Shown here: positions 1 through 12,638 of the stretch, one piece after another | Numbering within the stretch: the stretch's first letter is position 1 | How the letters are laid out: every line of letters starts with the position of its first letter | Source of the DNA: Mobula hypostoma | Taxonomy: Eukaryota | Length of the DNA stretch: 64,000 bases | Reading direction: 5' to 3' | Assembly: GCF_963921235.1 (NCBI RefSeq) | Contig: NC_086097.1 | Coordinates: forward strand, 131,876,001-131,940,000 | Program-made: the position numbers and the translations under genes | Notes under the pieces: generated by a model | The model's database searches: none | The model's input: only the letters and a program-made list of their open reading frames with translations | Told to the model about the DNA's origin: nothing

Positions 1-300
1 GAGCAAGCCGAGTGAAATATAGTCCGAGTTAGAATTAGGATTTTTCAGGTTGGTTCATGAAACTGATGGTAGTGGGGAGGGAGCTGTCATTGGACCTTGC
101 GGAGCAGGTCTCAGGCTCCTGCCTGATGATAGCATTGAGAACAAACAGGGTATGGCCCGATGGCAGGGGTTTATTTCAATGGATGTCACCTTTCAGAGAT
201 ATTGCCTCATCCAAATATCTTCAATGGTGAGGAGAGTTGTACTTGTGATGGGACTGGCAGAGTACATCATCCTCTAGCCTTCTGTGTTCCTGTAGATAGG
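1..300 (-). mobile_element. Degraded Rex1/Babar-like LINE 3' fragment
   Basis: Resembles the Rex1 RT C-terminal region of the better-preserved copy at 16616-16933 (CTCAGGCTCCTGCCTGATGATAGC...GATGTCACCTTTC). Heavily decayed. Confidence 0.4.
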
Positions 301-1009
301 AACCTACACAATTGATTTCGCTCAAACCCATGAGATTGGATACCCAGTGGCGTTATTATCACCCTCTGACCCAAGGAGGACACTAGTGTGTATTTTGATT
401 CACCTTTGTCTATATGGCAAAAACCTCGACTTTTTTTAGTAACTGACTAAGAAATTAAAATTATCCTCTGTATTTACTATATTCAGCACCAAACATCATG
501 TTAATTAGGAAATCTTTATTAATTGAAGGCATTAACTTTGAAAAATATCACTTGGCAACTCATTGTTAATTTTTATATGCCAGATAAAACTAAAGAGAAA
601 TTGTAGAACTGTTTCATCAAACTCTTTTGACAGCTCTGCACCAGATACCACTAGAGTTGGGGGCAGTGGACATATGTCTGGGAATCCACCAAACACTCAG
701 TTGTAGATCTAACGTTGCCAATTCTGTATAAAAGTAGTTTATATAGAGAGTTGAATTAGCAAAACTCATATAAGATGCCATGGCAACTTCTTCCAATCCA
801 AGCAGGTGCATTTCTCTCAGTTATTCAGTAAGTGGAAGACGTGCGGATAAGAATTTGATTCCGTCTCTGTCACTTAAATCAACTAGATCAGCAGCCTTGA
901 CTGATTGTAGAACTTATCCATGGGAGTTGTCCTCACTCCCATGAGAACTCAGTTTAGCATTTTATCCAAATTTGCAGCATTTCCTCAGTCCAGGAATTCT
1001 GTGAATGAT

Positions 1010-1580
1010 GAATGAGTAAGATGAATGACCAAAGCTTTTTTCCCCAGGGTAGGTGAGTCCAAAACTAGAGAGCATAAATTTACAGTGGAAGGGACCTGCA
1101 GAGCAACATTTTCACCTGGAAGGTAGTGAGTATAGAAGCATAGAAACATAGAAAACCTACAGCACAATACAGGCCCTTCAGCCCGCAAAGCTGTGCCCAA
1201 CATGTTCTTATCTTAGAACTACCTAGGCTTACTCATAGCCTTCTATTTTTCTAAGCTCCATGTACCTACCCAGGAGTATCTTAAAAGACCCTATCGTTTC
1301 CACCGCCGGCAGCTCATTCCATGCCACTTACCACTCTCTGCCTAAAAAAACTTACCCTTGACATCTCCTCTGTACTTATGTGGGAGAAGCTGCCTGGAGA
1401 TGTGGTTGAGGTAGGTAAAATTAAACCACTTAAAGAGAATTTGGACAGTTACATCTATAGGATACACTTAGAGGAAGTACAGGGAAATTGGCCTAGATCA
1501 GTTGGGCAACTTGGTCAGCATGGAAGAGTTGGGAGGAAGTGTCTGCTTCTGTGCTGTATAGCTCTATGACTCTATAATTT
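1010..1580 (+). mobile_element. CR1 LINE 3' fragment, split by a nested CR1
   Basis: CR1 C-terminal motifs (AAAACTAGAGAGCATAAATTT...; TGGGAGAAGCTGCC) and tail TGTATAGCTCTATGACTCTAT. Confidence 0.7.
1136..1377 (-). mobile_element. CR1 3' end nested in the opposite orientation
   Basis: (CATAGAAA)n tail followed by CCTACAGCACAATACAGGCCCTT, matching the 3' end of the CR1 at 32820. Confidence 0.8.
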
Positions 1581-1689
1581 TATCAGATGATGAAAGTCAC
1601 TGCCCTTACTTTAGCCAAAGATTGCAAGGAGTTAAAGTTGTGATCCTCCCCAAAGCATGTCATTTATGCAGGGATGTAAACCCACTTAG

Positions 1690-2050
1690 AAAGTGTCAAC
1701 AATGGGACAGTGAGTTAGATGGATGTGCGTTTAAGTCCGGAACCTTTAGTTCAAAACTTCAGTGCAGTGCCATGAAGTTGCTACACTGTCAAAGGTGTGG
1801 TCTTTTGGATGAGCTGTTAAAAATGAAATTGTTCCTGACCTCTCAACTGGATGCATCAGAAATCATAACTTTACTTTTGGAGACCAGCGGCATTCCCTCA
1901 GCTTAGTACTTATACTCCGACTAGCATTCCTGTTATGGGACTTTGCTGTTCACGGCATGACTGGCACATTTTCTGCATTACATTAGTAACTGTGAAAAAC
2001 TGGGGAAATTCTGAGGTCATGAAAGTTGCAAGACAAATGTAAGATCTGTT
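1690..2050 (+). mobile_element. Old Deu-domain SINE (SacSINE/AmnSINE-like)
   Basis: CAGTGCAGTGCCATGAAGTTGCTACACTGTCAAAGGTGTGGTCTTTTGGATGAG...TGGGACTTTGCTGT...GAGGTCATGAAAG matches my recollection of the Deu-SINE body and tail. Similar pieces at 8120 and 9170. Confidence 0.55.
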
Positions 2051-3367
2051 CCCTCCTATGTCCTTTTGCTCTAACTTGAAGTGGCATTTCATTCATAAAA
2101 GCTTAACACTGGGGGCACTCAGAGGGCATTATGACTGAAGCAAGCATCTTGACCACTGCAGGAAGCATTTTGTAGAATGCATTTTGTCTCTTATAACAGA
2201 GTAAATAAAAAAATAGACCCATTAAAATCCACAGAGGACAGAGTGCAATACATTCCATACTAAATAATAAAAAATCCCCTGCTTGATCTGTGGACTATTC
2301 ATAGTATTTCTTGATTGCTTAAGGAGAGGATAAAATGCTGGGAACATTTGAACATCATCTCTTGACACTGTTTTATTAGTGGATCTGTTGTCTGCACAGC
2401 TTTGCAGTACAAAATGATGAGTTTCTAAAGATTAGCTGCTCTATACACCATAAGGGCCCATTGAATATGTTTGCATGACCACAGACCTCTTTTCATCAAA
2501 ACTGCAATCATTTAATTGGTTGCATTTAGCTGCATCCCATCCAGTTTAAAATTACCTCACGGCAACCATGATTTCACTTTGATTGTACTTTGACAGCCAA
2601 CCTATGTTCTGTCTGTATATGACAAATGCTCCATCAGTCAAAGTGAAATGCCACTTAACGCAGAAATAATAACTGTTTACTCCAATAGTGTGGGCCGCTG
2701 AGAGTGTTTGCCTTCAGTGATTGCTGATTGGTCATATATAACCCACCTCGTCAATTAGAACAAAATAGCTCCAAAGAGCAGTTTAGGTCCTTCTGAGCAC
2801 TGAGGTGAATAATGGAGACGGAGAAATAAAATTTACTAAATCAGGATGAAATATAACAACAGGATCCTGTCAGAGGAGCTTGGAGCCCTCTCAGAGGGAA
2901 GATGGAACAGCTGGTCATAAAGCCAAGGTCAAAGGTCTGATGACCATCCATGCACACACCATAGCACTGGTTTTGATGTATTGTTGGTCAATTTCACATG
3001 ATTTGTTGTGCAGGATCTGACTGGATATTAGCGTTGTAACAACGTGTGCTGAGCTCACAAGGGTGAAAGCGAAACTTTCGGCATGCACCGTATGTTTTAA
3101 TGACTGCCTTGTCCATTTTCAAGGTTTGTATAGTCATTGGCTGCTGTAACATAGACTTCTCTCTGTACTCTATCCTGGGCTGTAACTTCACCCTCACTTC
3201 TCATTGGGAAACAGGTTAGGTGAGTAGCAGCCAAAATCTTGGCCCTTTAGCAGCCTTGAATACCTTGGCTCTGTATCCAGTCATATGATCCTCCAGGAAC
3301 ACAGTTCTTTGACAGAGTGCAGCCTCCTGTGCATTTACAGTTGCTCTTGGCAGTCATGATTTTCAGC

Positions 3368-4330
3368 ATAGAACATCAAACAGTCCAGCACATGTTCAGG
3401 CCTGTTGTCCAACCATGTTGAGTTAAACTAATTAAGCTAATGGCAACTAATTGCTATGTCTGCGCATGAACCATCTCCTTCCATTCTCTGCCATTCATGT
3501 GCTATCTGAGAATCTTCTAAAGGTCCCTATCATATCTGCCTTCCCCCACCGCCCCTGGCAGCACACTCCTGGCAACCATCACCTTCTGTGTTAGAAACTT
3601 GCCCCATGCCTTTCCTTTGAATATTTGCCCTTTCACCTTAAATGCATGCCCTCCAGTATTAGATATTTTGACACAAAGGGGAAAAAAAAAGATTCCGATG
3701 GTCTGCCCTATCTGTGCCTCCCATAATTTTATAATCTTCTATTAGATTACCTCTCAGTCTCCTCCACACATGAGAAAACAACCTAGTTTGTCCATCTTCT
3801 CCTTGTAGCTCATTCCTCGAATCCAGGCAGCATCCTAGTAAACCTTCTGCATTCCTCCAGCATCTTGTGTGTGTAGCTTGAATTTCCAGCATCTACAGAT
3901 TTTTCTTGTGTTTGTGATCCTAGTAGACCACTCCACTTCTGCATCCTCTCTAAAACCGCCACATTCTTTCTATAATTCATTTTCTTTTATTTAGAGATAC
4001 AGCCTGGAAACAGACACTTCCAGCCCTATGTGCTCATGCCACCCAATTGCACTCATGTGACCAAAATAACCTGCATGTCTTTAGAATGAGGTGGGGGTGG
4101 GGGAACCAGAGCACTGGAGGAAACCCATGCGATCATGGGGAGAATGTACAAACTCCTTACAGACAGTGGTGGGACTAAACCCGGGTCGCAGGTGATGTAA
4201 TGGGGCAACTAGAATCAGATGTAATACTCTGGATGCGGCCTAACCAGAGTTTTATAAGGCTGTAACATGACTTTCTGATCCTTGAACATGATTAATAAAA
4301 GTAAATGTGCCCTATGCCTTCCACTATAAA
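3368..4330 (-). mobile_element. CR1 3' fragment with nested Penelope-terminus and V-SINE pieces
   Basis: ORF 3659-3892 contains RRLRGNLIEDYKIMGG (CR1 RRLRGDLIEVYKIM motif). CATAGAACAT tail at the left end. Confidence 0.7.
3985..4203 (-). mobile_element. V-SINE (HE1-like)
   Basis: GGAACCAGAGCACTGGAGGAAACCCATGCGATCATGGGGAGAATGTACAAACTCC is the reverse complement of the V-domain. Confidence 0.7.
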
Positions 4331-4489
4331 GTGCTGCAAGTCCCTCCCTGGATCTTCCTATCTTTCCTGAATTATATCCCTTAACCATTTATGATTAGAT
4401 TTCTTCATGAGGCTTGAGGACAAATTCTTGACAGTTGTAACACTGGCTGGTTCATCATTATGAAATATTCACGCTATTAGATTAAGAGT

Positions 4490-4945
4490 TCTACAGCATA
4501 GAAACAGATCCTTTTGCCAAATTAGTCCATGCTGAGCAAGATGCCTATCTAAGTTAGTCCCATTTCTCTTCATTTGGCTCATGTCCCTCTGATCATTTCC
4601 TGCACATTACCTATCCAAATGTCTTTAAACATTGTAATTGTACCTGCTTCGACAGTTTGTTCCATATACCCACCACACTCTTTGTGAAAAACACTTGTCC
4701 CTCAATTCCCCTTTAAATCGTTCCCCTCTTACCTTAAAGCAATAAACTCCAGTTTTATAATCCCCTACCCATGGAAAAAGACTGTGGCAACCCAAGATTT
4801 TATAAACCTCTGTAAGGTCACTCTTCAGTCTCTTTTGCTGCAGAAAAAAAAATACAGTCCCATCCCATCCAGTCTCTCCTTGTAACTCAAACCCTCCAAT
4901 CCAGGCAACATCCCTATCAGCCTTTCCTGCAACTCTCTGCCTTAC
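4490..4945 (-). mobile_element. CR1 3' fragment
   Basis: ORF 4625-4957 contains KRLKSDLTEVYKIL...FKVRGERFKGELR..FSQRV. Confidence 0.75.
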
Positions 4946-5094
4946 TTCTTCCTCCACAGATGTTCCCTGACCTGCTGAGCACTTGCAACTCCAGCATCAG
5001 TAACTTGCTGCCAGATATTAGTCAACACTGATGGAAATACTCCAGTTAAGTACTCTTTTCCTATTCAGTCAAAAAACATATTTTTATTTCAAAA

Positions 5095-5640
5095 GTAAGT
5101 TTTATTCTTTATATTTACCAAGAAAATGTGTATTGCTTTCTTTACATTCATAGTGTTATTTAGCTTGTACAGTCATATTGATGCTGTTTTCCGTTCCACA
5201 CATTGCATCTTCTTTGTACAGAGGACCTTTGCCACCCGTGTGGTCTTTTCGGATGGTAGAAACTTCAAGTGTTTGAGACGCTTCTACACTTGATTTTGCA
5301 ACTCAATGAACAGTGGCAGATGGACTTTAACCTGCAATCCTTCCCCACAAAGACTTTGCCTGCATCAAATTTTAATGTGTCCCTCAGCATGTAGTCCTGT
5401 AACCTGGAATGTACCTGACATCTCATGACACTGGAAGACATGTTCTGGGCAGGTGGAAAGTACATCTTTCACCGAATTAATGATCTTCCAGAAGTATTTG
5501 AAGTTTGTCTCAGAACACATTCCTGGAAACAGCCAACAGATCAGCTTAATGTTATGATGCAAAGTATGACCCTCTATTAGTGAGATATTAGGATTTTGAG
5601 GAGGTTTGGTATAACACCAAAGACCAGCAAAATTCTGCAG
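5095..5640 (-). mobile_element. Tx1/L1-like LINE 3' fragment
   Basis: Translations WKIINSVKD and HSRLQDYMLRDTLK resemble Tx1 ORF2 C-termini. AATAAA on the minus strand near 5100. Confidence 0.6.
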
Positions 5641-5644
5641 ATAC

Positions 5645-6440
5645 ATCATGGAAAGACATGTATGGTCATGCACTTTGGTAGAAAGAACAAAGGCATAAAC
5701 TATTTTCGAAACAGGGAATGAATTCAGAAATTGGAGCTGCTAAGAGACTTGAGAGTCCTAATGCAGGACTCCCAAAATGTTAGTTTGCAGGGTGAGTTGA
5801 TGGAAAGCAAGACAAATGCAATGAGAACATTCATTTCCAGAGGACTAGAATGTAAAAACAAGGATGTAATGCTGAAGCTTTAGAAGGCATTGATCAGATC
5901 ACGTTCAGAATATTGAGTGTAGATTTGGGCCCCACATCAAGTGAAGGATGTGCTGGTGTTGGAGAGGATCCAAAGGAGGTTTACAAAAATGGTGGTGGGA
6001 ATTAAAGGATTAACATTTGAAGAATGTTTAATGGCCCTGGAGTTTAGAAATATGAGGGCAATCTCATTGAAATCTATAGAATATTGAAAGGCTTGGATGG
6101 AGTGGATGTGGAAAGGATGTTTTCAATAGTGAGAGAGTCTAGGATCAGAAAACACGGCCTCAAAACTGAAAGACAGGCCTTTAGAACAGAGGTGATGAAG
6201 AATATCTTTAGCCAGAGGTTAATGAATCAGTGAAATTCATTGCCATATTCGGTTGTAAAATTTAAGTCATTGGGTATATTAAAAGCAAAGGTTGATAGGT
6301 TCTTCATTATTAAGAACGTCAAAGGCTACAGGGAGAAAACAGCGAAAAAGGTTTGAGATGGAAAATAAATCAGCCATGATCAAATTGCGGAGCAGAATTG
6401 ATGAACTGAGTAGCCTAGTTCTGCTCCTATGTCTTATAAT
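5645..6440 (+). mobile_element. Decayed CR1 ORF2 C-terminus and 3' UTR
   Basis: GTCATGCACTTTGGTAGAAAGAAC (VMHFGRKN), CTCATTGAAATCTATAGAATATTG, tail CTGCTCCTATGTCTTAT. Confidence 0.75.
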
Positions 6441-6874
6441 GTTCAGTTAGAGAACAGGAGGAAGAAAATTCTTAATTCCACCTGAACTACACGTCTGTAT
6501 GTTACTGCTAAGAACAGTTAAGTAGCAACTATATTATTATGGGTATGAGCCACGTATGAGGCAACCCTGTCGACTTCCTTCCATAATGACACATAACTGA
6601 GCTGGGTGGGTCCTATTGTCAATCCAGTTACCTCAATATTCACCATGACTGATGGTAGGCTCTTGATTCTAAACATGTTTCAGAATGCAATAAGATAGGA
6701 GTTGTAGTGTCAAATATGGTCATGGCTGATCTACCCTCGGCTTCAAGTCTTTCTCTGTATTGTACCCCTTGATCATCAATTCCCCAATTGTTAAAAATAC
6801 TTCTGCTTTAAGTTATTCACCCCTACAGAGCTCTCTAAGGTTGACAATTCAAGAAATTTACCACCTTCTGCAAA

Positions 6875-7275
6875 AGAGGAAGGAGTTTAAGGCGAGTAAG
6901 GGATGGCTGGCTATCTATGTAAAGCGCTACAGCCTCAAGAACTTAAAGATCACGGGAGAATCAGCATCGGTTGATGCCGAGGCAGCATCAGTATTCCCAG
7001 AAGAGCTACGATGGTTGCGTCTGTACTGAACATGTACAGACCTTTTTTTCTTGACATTATTCCCTAAGCAATACAGTATAACCACTATGTACATAGCATT
7101 TACATTGTATTAGGTATTATAAGTAATCTAGAGATGATTTAAAGTATACGGGAGGATGTGCATAGGTTGTATGCAAATACTACGCCATTTTATATACGGG
7201 ACTTGAGCATTCATGGAATTTGGTATCCGCCGAGGGTCCCGGAACCAAACCCCCGCGGATACGGAGGGCCAACTG
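6875..7275 (+). mobile_element. Tigger (pogo-family) DNA transposon deletion derivative, right part
   Basis: Encodes FKASKGWL..YVKRYSLKNLKITGESASVDAEAA..FPEEL (Tigger CENP-B-type HTH region). Ends in TIR-like ...GGATACGGAGGGCCAACTG followed by TA (7276-7277). Left TIR not found. Confidence 0.85.
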
Positions 7276-7679
7276 TAGTAGGCATTTCTATGAACCATGG
7301 TTCCAAATTGTCAACAGTTCAATCTTTCAGTGCCTGCCTCCATCATTCACTCAGCTTTCAGGCTCAGTGCTGGGGAGACCCATGCTACTGAAACAGAAGT
7401 TTCAGTGTGGCACTCTGTGGATTTGACCTGCTGTCTGGTAATTGCTGCTACATGGAATTCTGAGCAACCTCTGGGTCGCTGCTGCCCAAACAATCCAGTC
7501 CCAAGGGGTATGCCACAGGCATGAGCGTATCCACGGTCAAGGTAATCAGGAACATCTCAGCACTAGGTCGCGAGATGATGGTTTATGGGTAGATGTACTA
7601 TAACAAAATCTAAACCAACGTACAGAGGAAGTATTTGTGATAGAGGCACCATCTTTCATAGCAGCGCAGTATGAAAGAC

Positions 7680-8000
7680 AGTGATACTCCTGGCTCCTGC
7701 CTCACAGCACCAGAGACCCAGGGTCAATTCCGATCTCCCTTGCTGTACGTGCGTTCTCCCTGTGATGCCACGGGTTTCCCCTGGGTGCTCCGGATTCCTG
7801 CCGTATCCTAAAGAACTTGCAGATTGGTCCGTTAATTGGCTGCTGTAAATTGCCCCTCGAATGTAGCTGAGCGGCAGGATCCATGGGAGTGGGAGTGCAG
7901 GGGAACTAGGCCACAGGGAAAATCAGTGGGGGAAGAGGATTGCTTCATGAGTTGGCTTTTACTAGATAATATGAATGGTCTCCTTCTACATCATAAGGAT
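7680..8000 (+). mobile_element. V-SINE (HE1-like)
   Basis: GCCTCACAGCACCAGAGACCCAGGGTCAATTCC (tRNA-like B box), V-domain GGGTTTCCCCTGGGTGCTCCGG, TGTAAATTGCCCC. Confidence 0.75.
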
Positions 8001-8119
8001 ATGTAGTAATTCAGGTAAGATTTTAAGTTTGATGTCTTTGACAGCCCTGGTCTGTTTTTATTTCAAATTCCTGGCCTTTGCACTTCATTGCCTTTCATGG
8101 GCACCTTTTTTTGGAATCA

Positions 8120-8355
8120 ACCCCACAACCTTGCTCTCAGTGTGCAGATGTCGATAAGGCTGGACAGATCCACTGGCCCTCTGGGGAAGATGTCAAAGAC
8201 CCGAGGTGATCGTTACAGAAAAGGTCAAGGGTGTCCTCCCTACTCCCTGCTCTCCTGGTCGACATTCATACCTCACATGATATCCACAGCCAAATAGCTG
8301 GCTGTTACTATATTGTGGGTTCTTGCTGTGCCCAAAGGAGGTGCCAAGTTTTCTA
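8120..8355 (+). mobile_element. Deu-domain SINE fragment
   Basis: GATGTCAAAGACCC...TCCTGGTCGACATT...TTGTGGGTTCTTGCTGTGC. Confidence 0.45.
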
Positions 8356-8359
8356 GCAG

Positions 8360-8650
8360 TAACTGTATAAAATGCAAACCTTTATCTTTGTGTTAAATGT
8401 TCCTTTTTCCTTTGACAACTTTGTTGTGCTTGGACAAGGCTGATATGGCCTTTGAGACTCGTAAGAATATCCAGGCATTATTATCAGCATCAAATGCTCC
8501 CAGGACATGTATCTTCCTATAAAGTGCAGAGTAAACTTTCCCTCGATGAGCTTCAGCAGTCTGTTCAATCTCAGGCTCGCTAAAGCACACCCAGCAGCAC
8601 CATCCTGAATCTTTTACACTCCCCACACTGCACATTCTTGCAATGTCTCA
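8360..8650 (-). mobile_element. RTE-clade LINE remnant
   Basis: Minus-strand translation ends in ...TKIKVCILY, resembling RTE post-RT sequence. Decayed. Confidence 0.4.
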
Positions 8651-9169
8651 AGGTGAGATTGGCAATTTAGTGTCAATTTGTGCTGTGGGCCACTGTTGGA
8701 TTGAGCCTGCCTCGAGTCATTTCGGGCAGGAGCTTCGAGTAGGAGATTTCATCCCATCTATCTAAGTCTGGATGTAAAACTGAGTCCTTATAGGAAAAGG
8801 GCAGCATGCAAAAGTATTACATGACTTAATCATGATTGCCTGCAATCTTATCATAACATGCAAGCAATTTTATGGATGCAAAGCTGAAGTGGCTGTGGTT
8901 TGTGCCTTCTTCATCAGATCAATCTGTGTAAAACAGATACTGGAAGCAGGCACTTGACTTCAAGGCACCATGGTGTTACTGCCACAGCATATTGAAGGCT
9001 TTATTCCATCAAGCTGAGTGTAAAGTGGGTGAAACAAAGCTGAAGTAGATTTTATGAGGCAAAGTATAAAAGGTCGATAAATGTCAGGCTGAGATGGAAA
9101 GGAGCTGCCGACTCCTAGTTAGAATGGCTTTCTGTTAACTTGTGTTGCATCAAGGAAGCTTGGAAGCTC

Positions 9170-9500
9170 AGAAAGCAGCACCTCCCCCTCAGAGTCTGAA
9201 GATTTTGGGTTCGAGTCTCATTCAGAGACTTACATCAGGAAATCGAGGCCTGCAATCTAGTGCTGAGGGAATGTTGTATTGCTGATCTGCCGTTCTTGTG
9301 AACCTGACTCAGCAGGTTGGGGCACAGGGGTGTTTGAATGAGACTAGATGCATCCTCCCTCAGTGCTCTGGTTAGCATTTAATAACCTCTTAGTAAAAGA
9401 CTGAACTGCTATTATCACAGAGCTGCTTGTGGGATTTTGATACTGATTAAAAAAAAACTACCTTGAGGTTGTGAAAAGCACTATGGAAATGCAAAATTAT
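9170..9500 (+). mobile_element. Deu-domain SINE with tRNA-like head
   Basis: GAGTCTGAAGATTTTGGGTTCGAGTC (B box), GTGCTGAGGGAATG, tail GAGGTTGTGAAAAGCACTATGGAAATGCAA. Confidence 0.55.
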
Positions 9501-9724
9501 TCCTTGTTATTTCCAAGATTTGTATCCTAATTATATCCTAATTTCATCTCTGGGCTTTGATTGGGTTGGAGTGCTTATGTTTTTCTTATTGGCTGGAGTC
9601 ATGAATGTAGGAGGAGGGAGGTTTGGCAGCAGAGTAGACAGCTGGGCTCAGTACAAGACAATCTTCCCAAATTCTGGCATGTCAATATTACTGGTAGCTT
9701 TAACACATTTCCTCCTCATGGACA

Positions 9725-10445
9725 CTCAAGACATGTGTATAGTCATTCACTTTGGTAGAAGGAATAAAAGTGGAGACTATTTTCTAAATTGGTGGAAAAT
9801 TCGGGAAATGGAGACCCAGTGCAGGATTCCATAAAGTTAACTTGCAGGATGAGTCGATAGGAAGAAAGGCAAATGCAATGTTGGGGTTTTTGTTTTGAGA
9901 GGACTAGAATATAAAAGCAAGGGTATAAAACTGAGGCTTTATCGGGCATTGGTCAGACCACGTTTGGAGCATTTTGAGCAGTTTTGGGCCCTATATATAA
10001 GCAAGGACATCCTAACGACAGAGGCAGTCCAAATGAGGTTTATAAGAATGAACCCAAGGTTGAAGTAATCTACCGAGTCTGGGGGAAGATGTGATAGGTC
10101 ATAAAGTTATGAGAACATCAACAGTGTAAAGTCAGTCTTTTTACCAGAGTGGAATGGTCAACTAGTTGAGGGTATGGCTTTAAGATGAGAGAGGGATGTT
10201 TCAAAGCAATATATGGGTCAATTATTTCTAAATAGAGAGCAGTAGTTGTCTGGAAGGTGCTCTCAGGCAGGGTAATGGAAGCAGATACATCAGTGACATT
10301 TGTGTGGCATTCAAAAACAGATAAAGCATGGGTGGATATTCATCAGGTACAGGCAAATGGGATTAGTTTAATTTGGCATCATGGTCAGCATAGACATTGT
10401 GGGCCGAAGAGCCTGCTTCTGTGCTATAGGAGTTGAAGTTCTATT
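9725..10445 (+). mobile_element. Decayed CR1 fragments
   Basis: VIHFGRRNK motif, TTGGTCAGACCACGTTTGGAG (LVRPHLE), 3' UTR TGTGGGCCGAAGAGCCTG. Confidence 0.7.
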
Positions 10446-12116
10446 AAACTAAAAGCCAACCATTTTTTCCTTCGATTATGTGTTTGGAAATTAATGCTCA
10501 GTTCCTGGAGTATGCAGGGTAATCAGGTAGCACTCTGTAATGAGCCAGCTTGGTTCGAAAAATCTCAAACTGTTCTTTATATTAAGTCTGTCTCTCACTC
10601 TGGCCAAAATACACAACAATGCAGTACTTTGTTTTCTTACGGGCCAGGCTGCTGACTCCAGAGAAATCTTGGGTCTTTAATCAATTAGACAAAATTGCCT
10701 ATTAGGATCAAATTGTTAACCCCGCTTCCCTTCCTGGACTACTTTTTAACAAGAAGCAATCAAGAAGGCAAAGGGCAAAGGGTTAAGGAAACATTATTCT
10801 CTTTATTTTGTAGGCCCACCTACGTTGTAATCAAGTCTATTAAAAATCAGGGCTGCAATTCAGGATTTCAGTGCAGGATCCTCTCTACTGCATTTAAGAC
10901 AACTCTGGTTTTAAATTAGGCCAGCAGTTTGATCAAGACTCTTAGCATCATATCATGGTTATTAGAACAGCCTAATACACTGCTTATCATGGACATTAGC
11001 AAGGAAATTCATATCAATTATGAAACATAAGATCAGGTGACAGATGTGTGGATAAAGAGGTCACCATAAAGAGAAACTTGGAGGGGGAGAGGGATTCTGA
11101 GAGTGAATTCTTGGCAGTTGAAGGAATGATATCGAAGCAGTTAAACAGATTATCACATCAAGTTAGAGTAAGATAGTGTGGGGATGAGGATATTATTGGG
11201 AAGAGGGAGTTGGGCACTGGTTGGAGGGGTGGCAAGAGATATGAAAGCATGGAAGTGTTGTAAAGAAGAATATATACATTAATTGAATATTATTCTTGTT
11301 GTTTACATTTAAGTTAAAAGGGGAGGAATTTTCTTACAGTGAACCGTGACAACATTTCCAAACCTGGAGTCCTGTGGAAGTTATCAGTTTTCAGAACTTT
11401 CTATCCATTCACATACCGACCTTCTAGCAGATGTCATTAGTGAGTAGAACCCCACAGAGTGAGGAGACTCCTGAGAGCCTAATGGAAGGAATGGTGCCCT
11501 GAAGCCAGGAAATTCCCACCATAGATAGGAGAAGTATTTACTTCCAATTATTGAAACGGGAGGCAGGAGTTAGAAGTCTGTACAATGACAGTACATCTTG
11601 CTGATCCCATAAACCCTGAAGTTTAGGAGACACTTATGACGTTGTTAAAGACCATGATGCGTATATTTGATTACTTTTTTCAATTACTTCACTGTGGATT
11701 TGATAGCATATTGAAATTGTCCTGTTGGATTTCATTGTATTTCTTAAGACAAAGTGATACTCCTAGAAATTTATAGTGTCCTGGTTTATCCTGGCTGGAA
11801 GGATTAAGATAGATTATTCTGCGCATTAAGAGAGATGCATTTTTAACTGGAATCTTAATTTGGGTGAAGTTTATTCTTTAAACAGAAATTTACAAATGCC
11901 TTTTCTTTTAACTTCTGTGACTGGTTGCGTGCTTATTTGAAACTGGTAATCAAAAATCAAGAAAACCAGCGGATGATGAAAATCTGAAGTAAAATCTGAA
12001 AATGTTGGATGACTTAAAAGATCACACAGCAGTTGTGGAGCGAAAAACAGAGGCAGCATTCCAGGTCCACGATTTTTTATATATCCTTGAATGAAAAGTG
12101 ATACACTTCAAAGTTA

Positions 12117-12638
12117 CAGTGCCTGTAAAAAGTATTCACTCCCATCTGACAACAAGGAATCACAATGAATTTAATTTGGATTTTTTTGACACTGATCAAC
12201 AGAAAAAGACTCTTTTATGCCAAAGTAAAAACAGATCTCTACAAAGTGATCTAAATTAATTACAAATATAAAACACAAAATAATAATCCCTTTCAAGTCA
12301 GTATTTAGTAGATGTACCTTTGGCAGCAAATACAGCCTCCAAAAAGCAGATCTCCATTCAACTAATTATGTGACTTTTAAAACTAATTGGCTACACCAGT
12401 AATAATTTGGTGTGTCATATTAAGGGGGGGGGTGAATACTTATGCATTCAATTATTTTGGTGTTTTATATTTGTAATTAATCTTGATCACTTTGCGGAGA
12501 TCTATTTTCACTGTGACATGAAAGAGTCTTTTTCTGTCAATGCCAAAAAACGCCAAATTATATCTATTGTGATTCAATGTTGTAAAACAATAAAACATGA
12601 AAACTTTCAAAGGTGGTGAATTCTTTTTATAGTCACTG
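12117..12638. mobile_element. Non-autonomous Tc1-like element with long TIRs
   Basis: TA|CAGTGCCTGTAAAAAGTATTCAC ... GTGAATTCTTTTTATAGTCACTG|TA. Inverted similarity extends about 170-200 bp. No transposase. Confidence 0.85.

Noticed and set aside
11330..11450. Possible exon after TTTTCTTACAG
   Set aside because: Short unrecognisable peptide, early stops, no clear donor.
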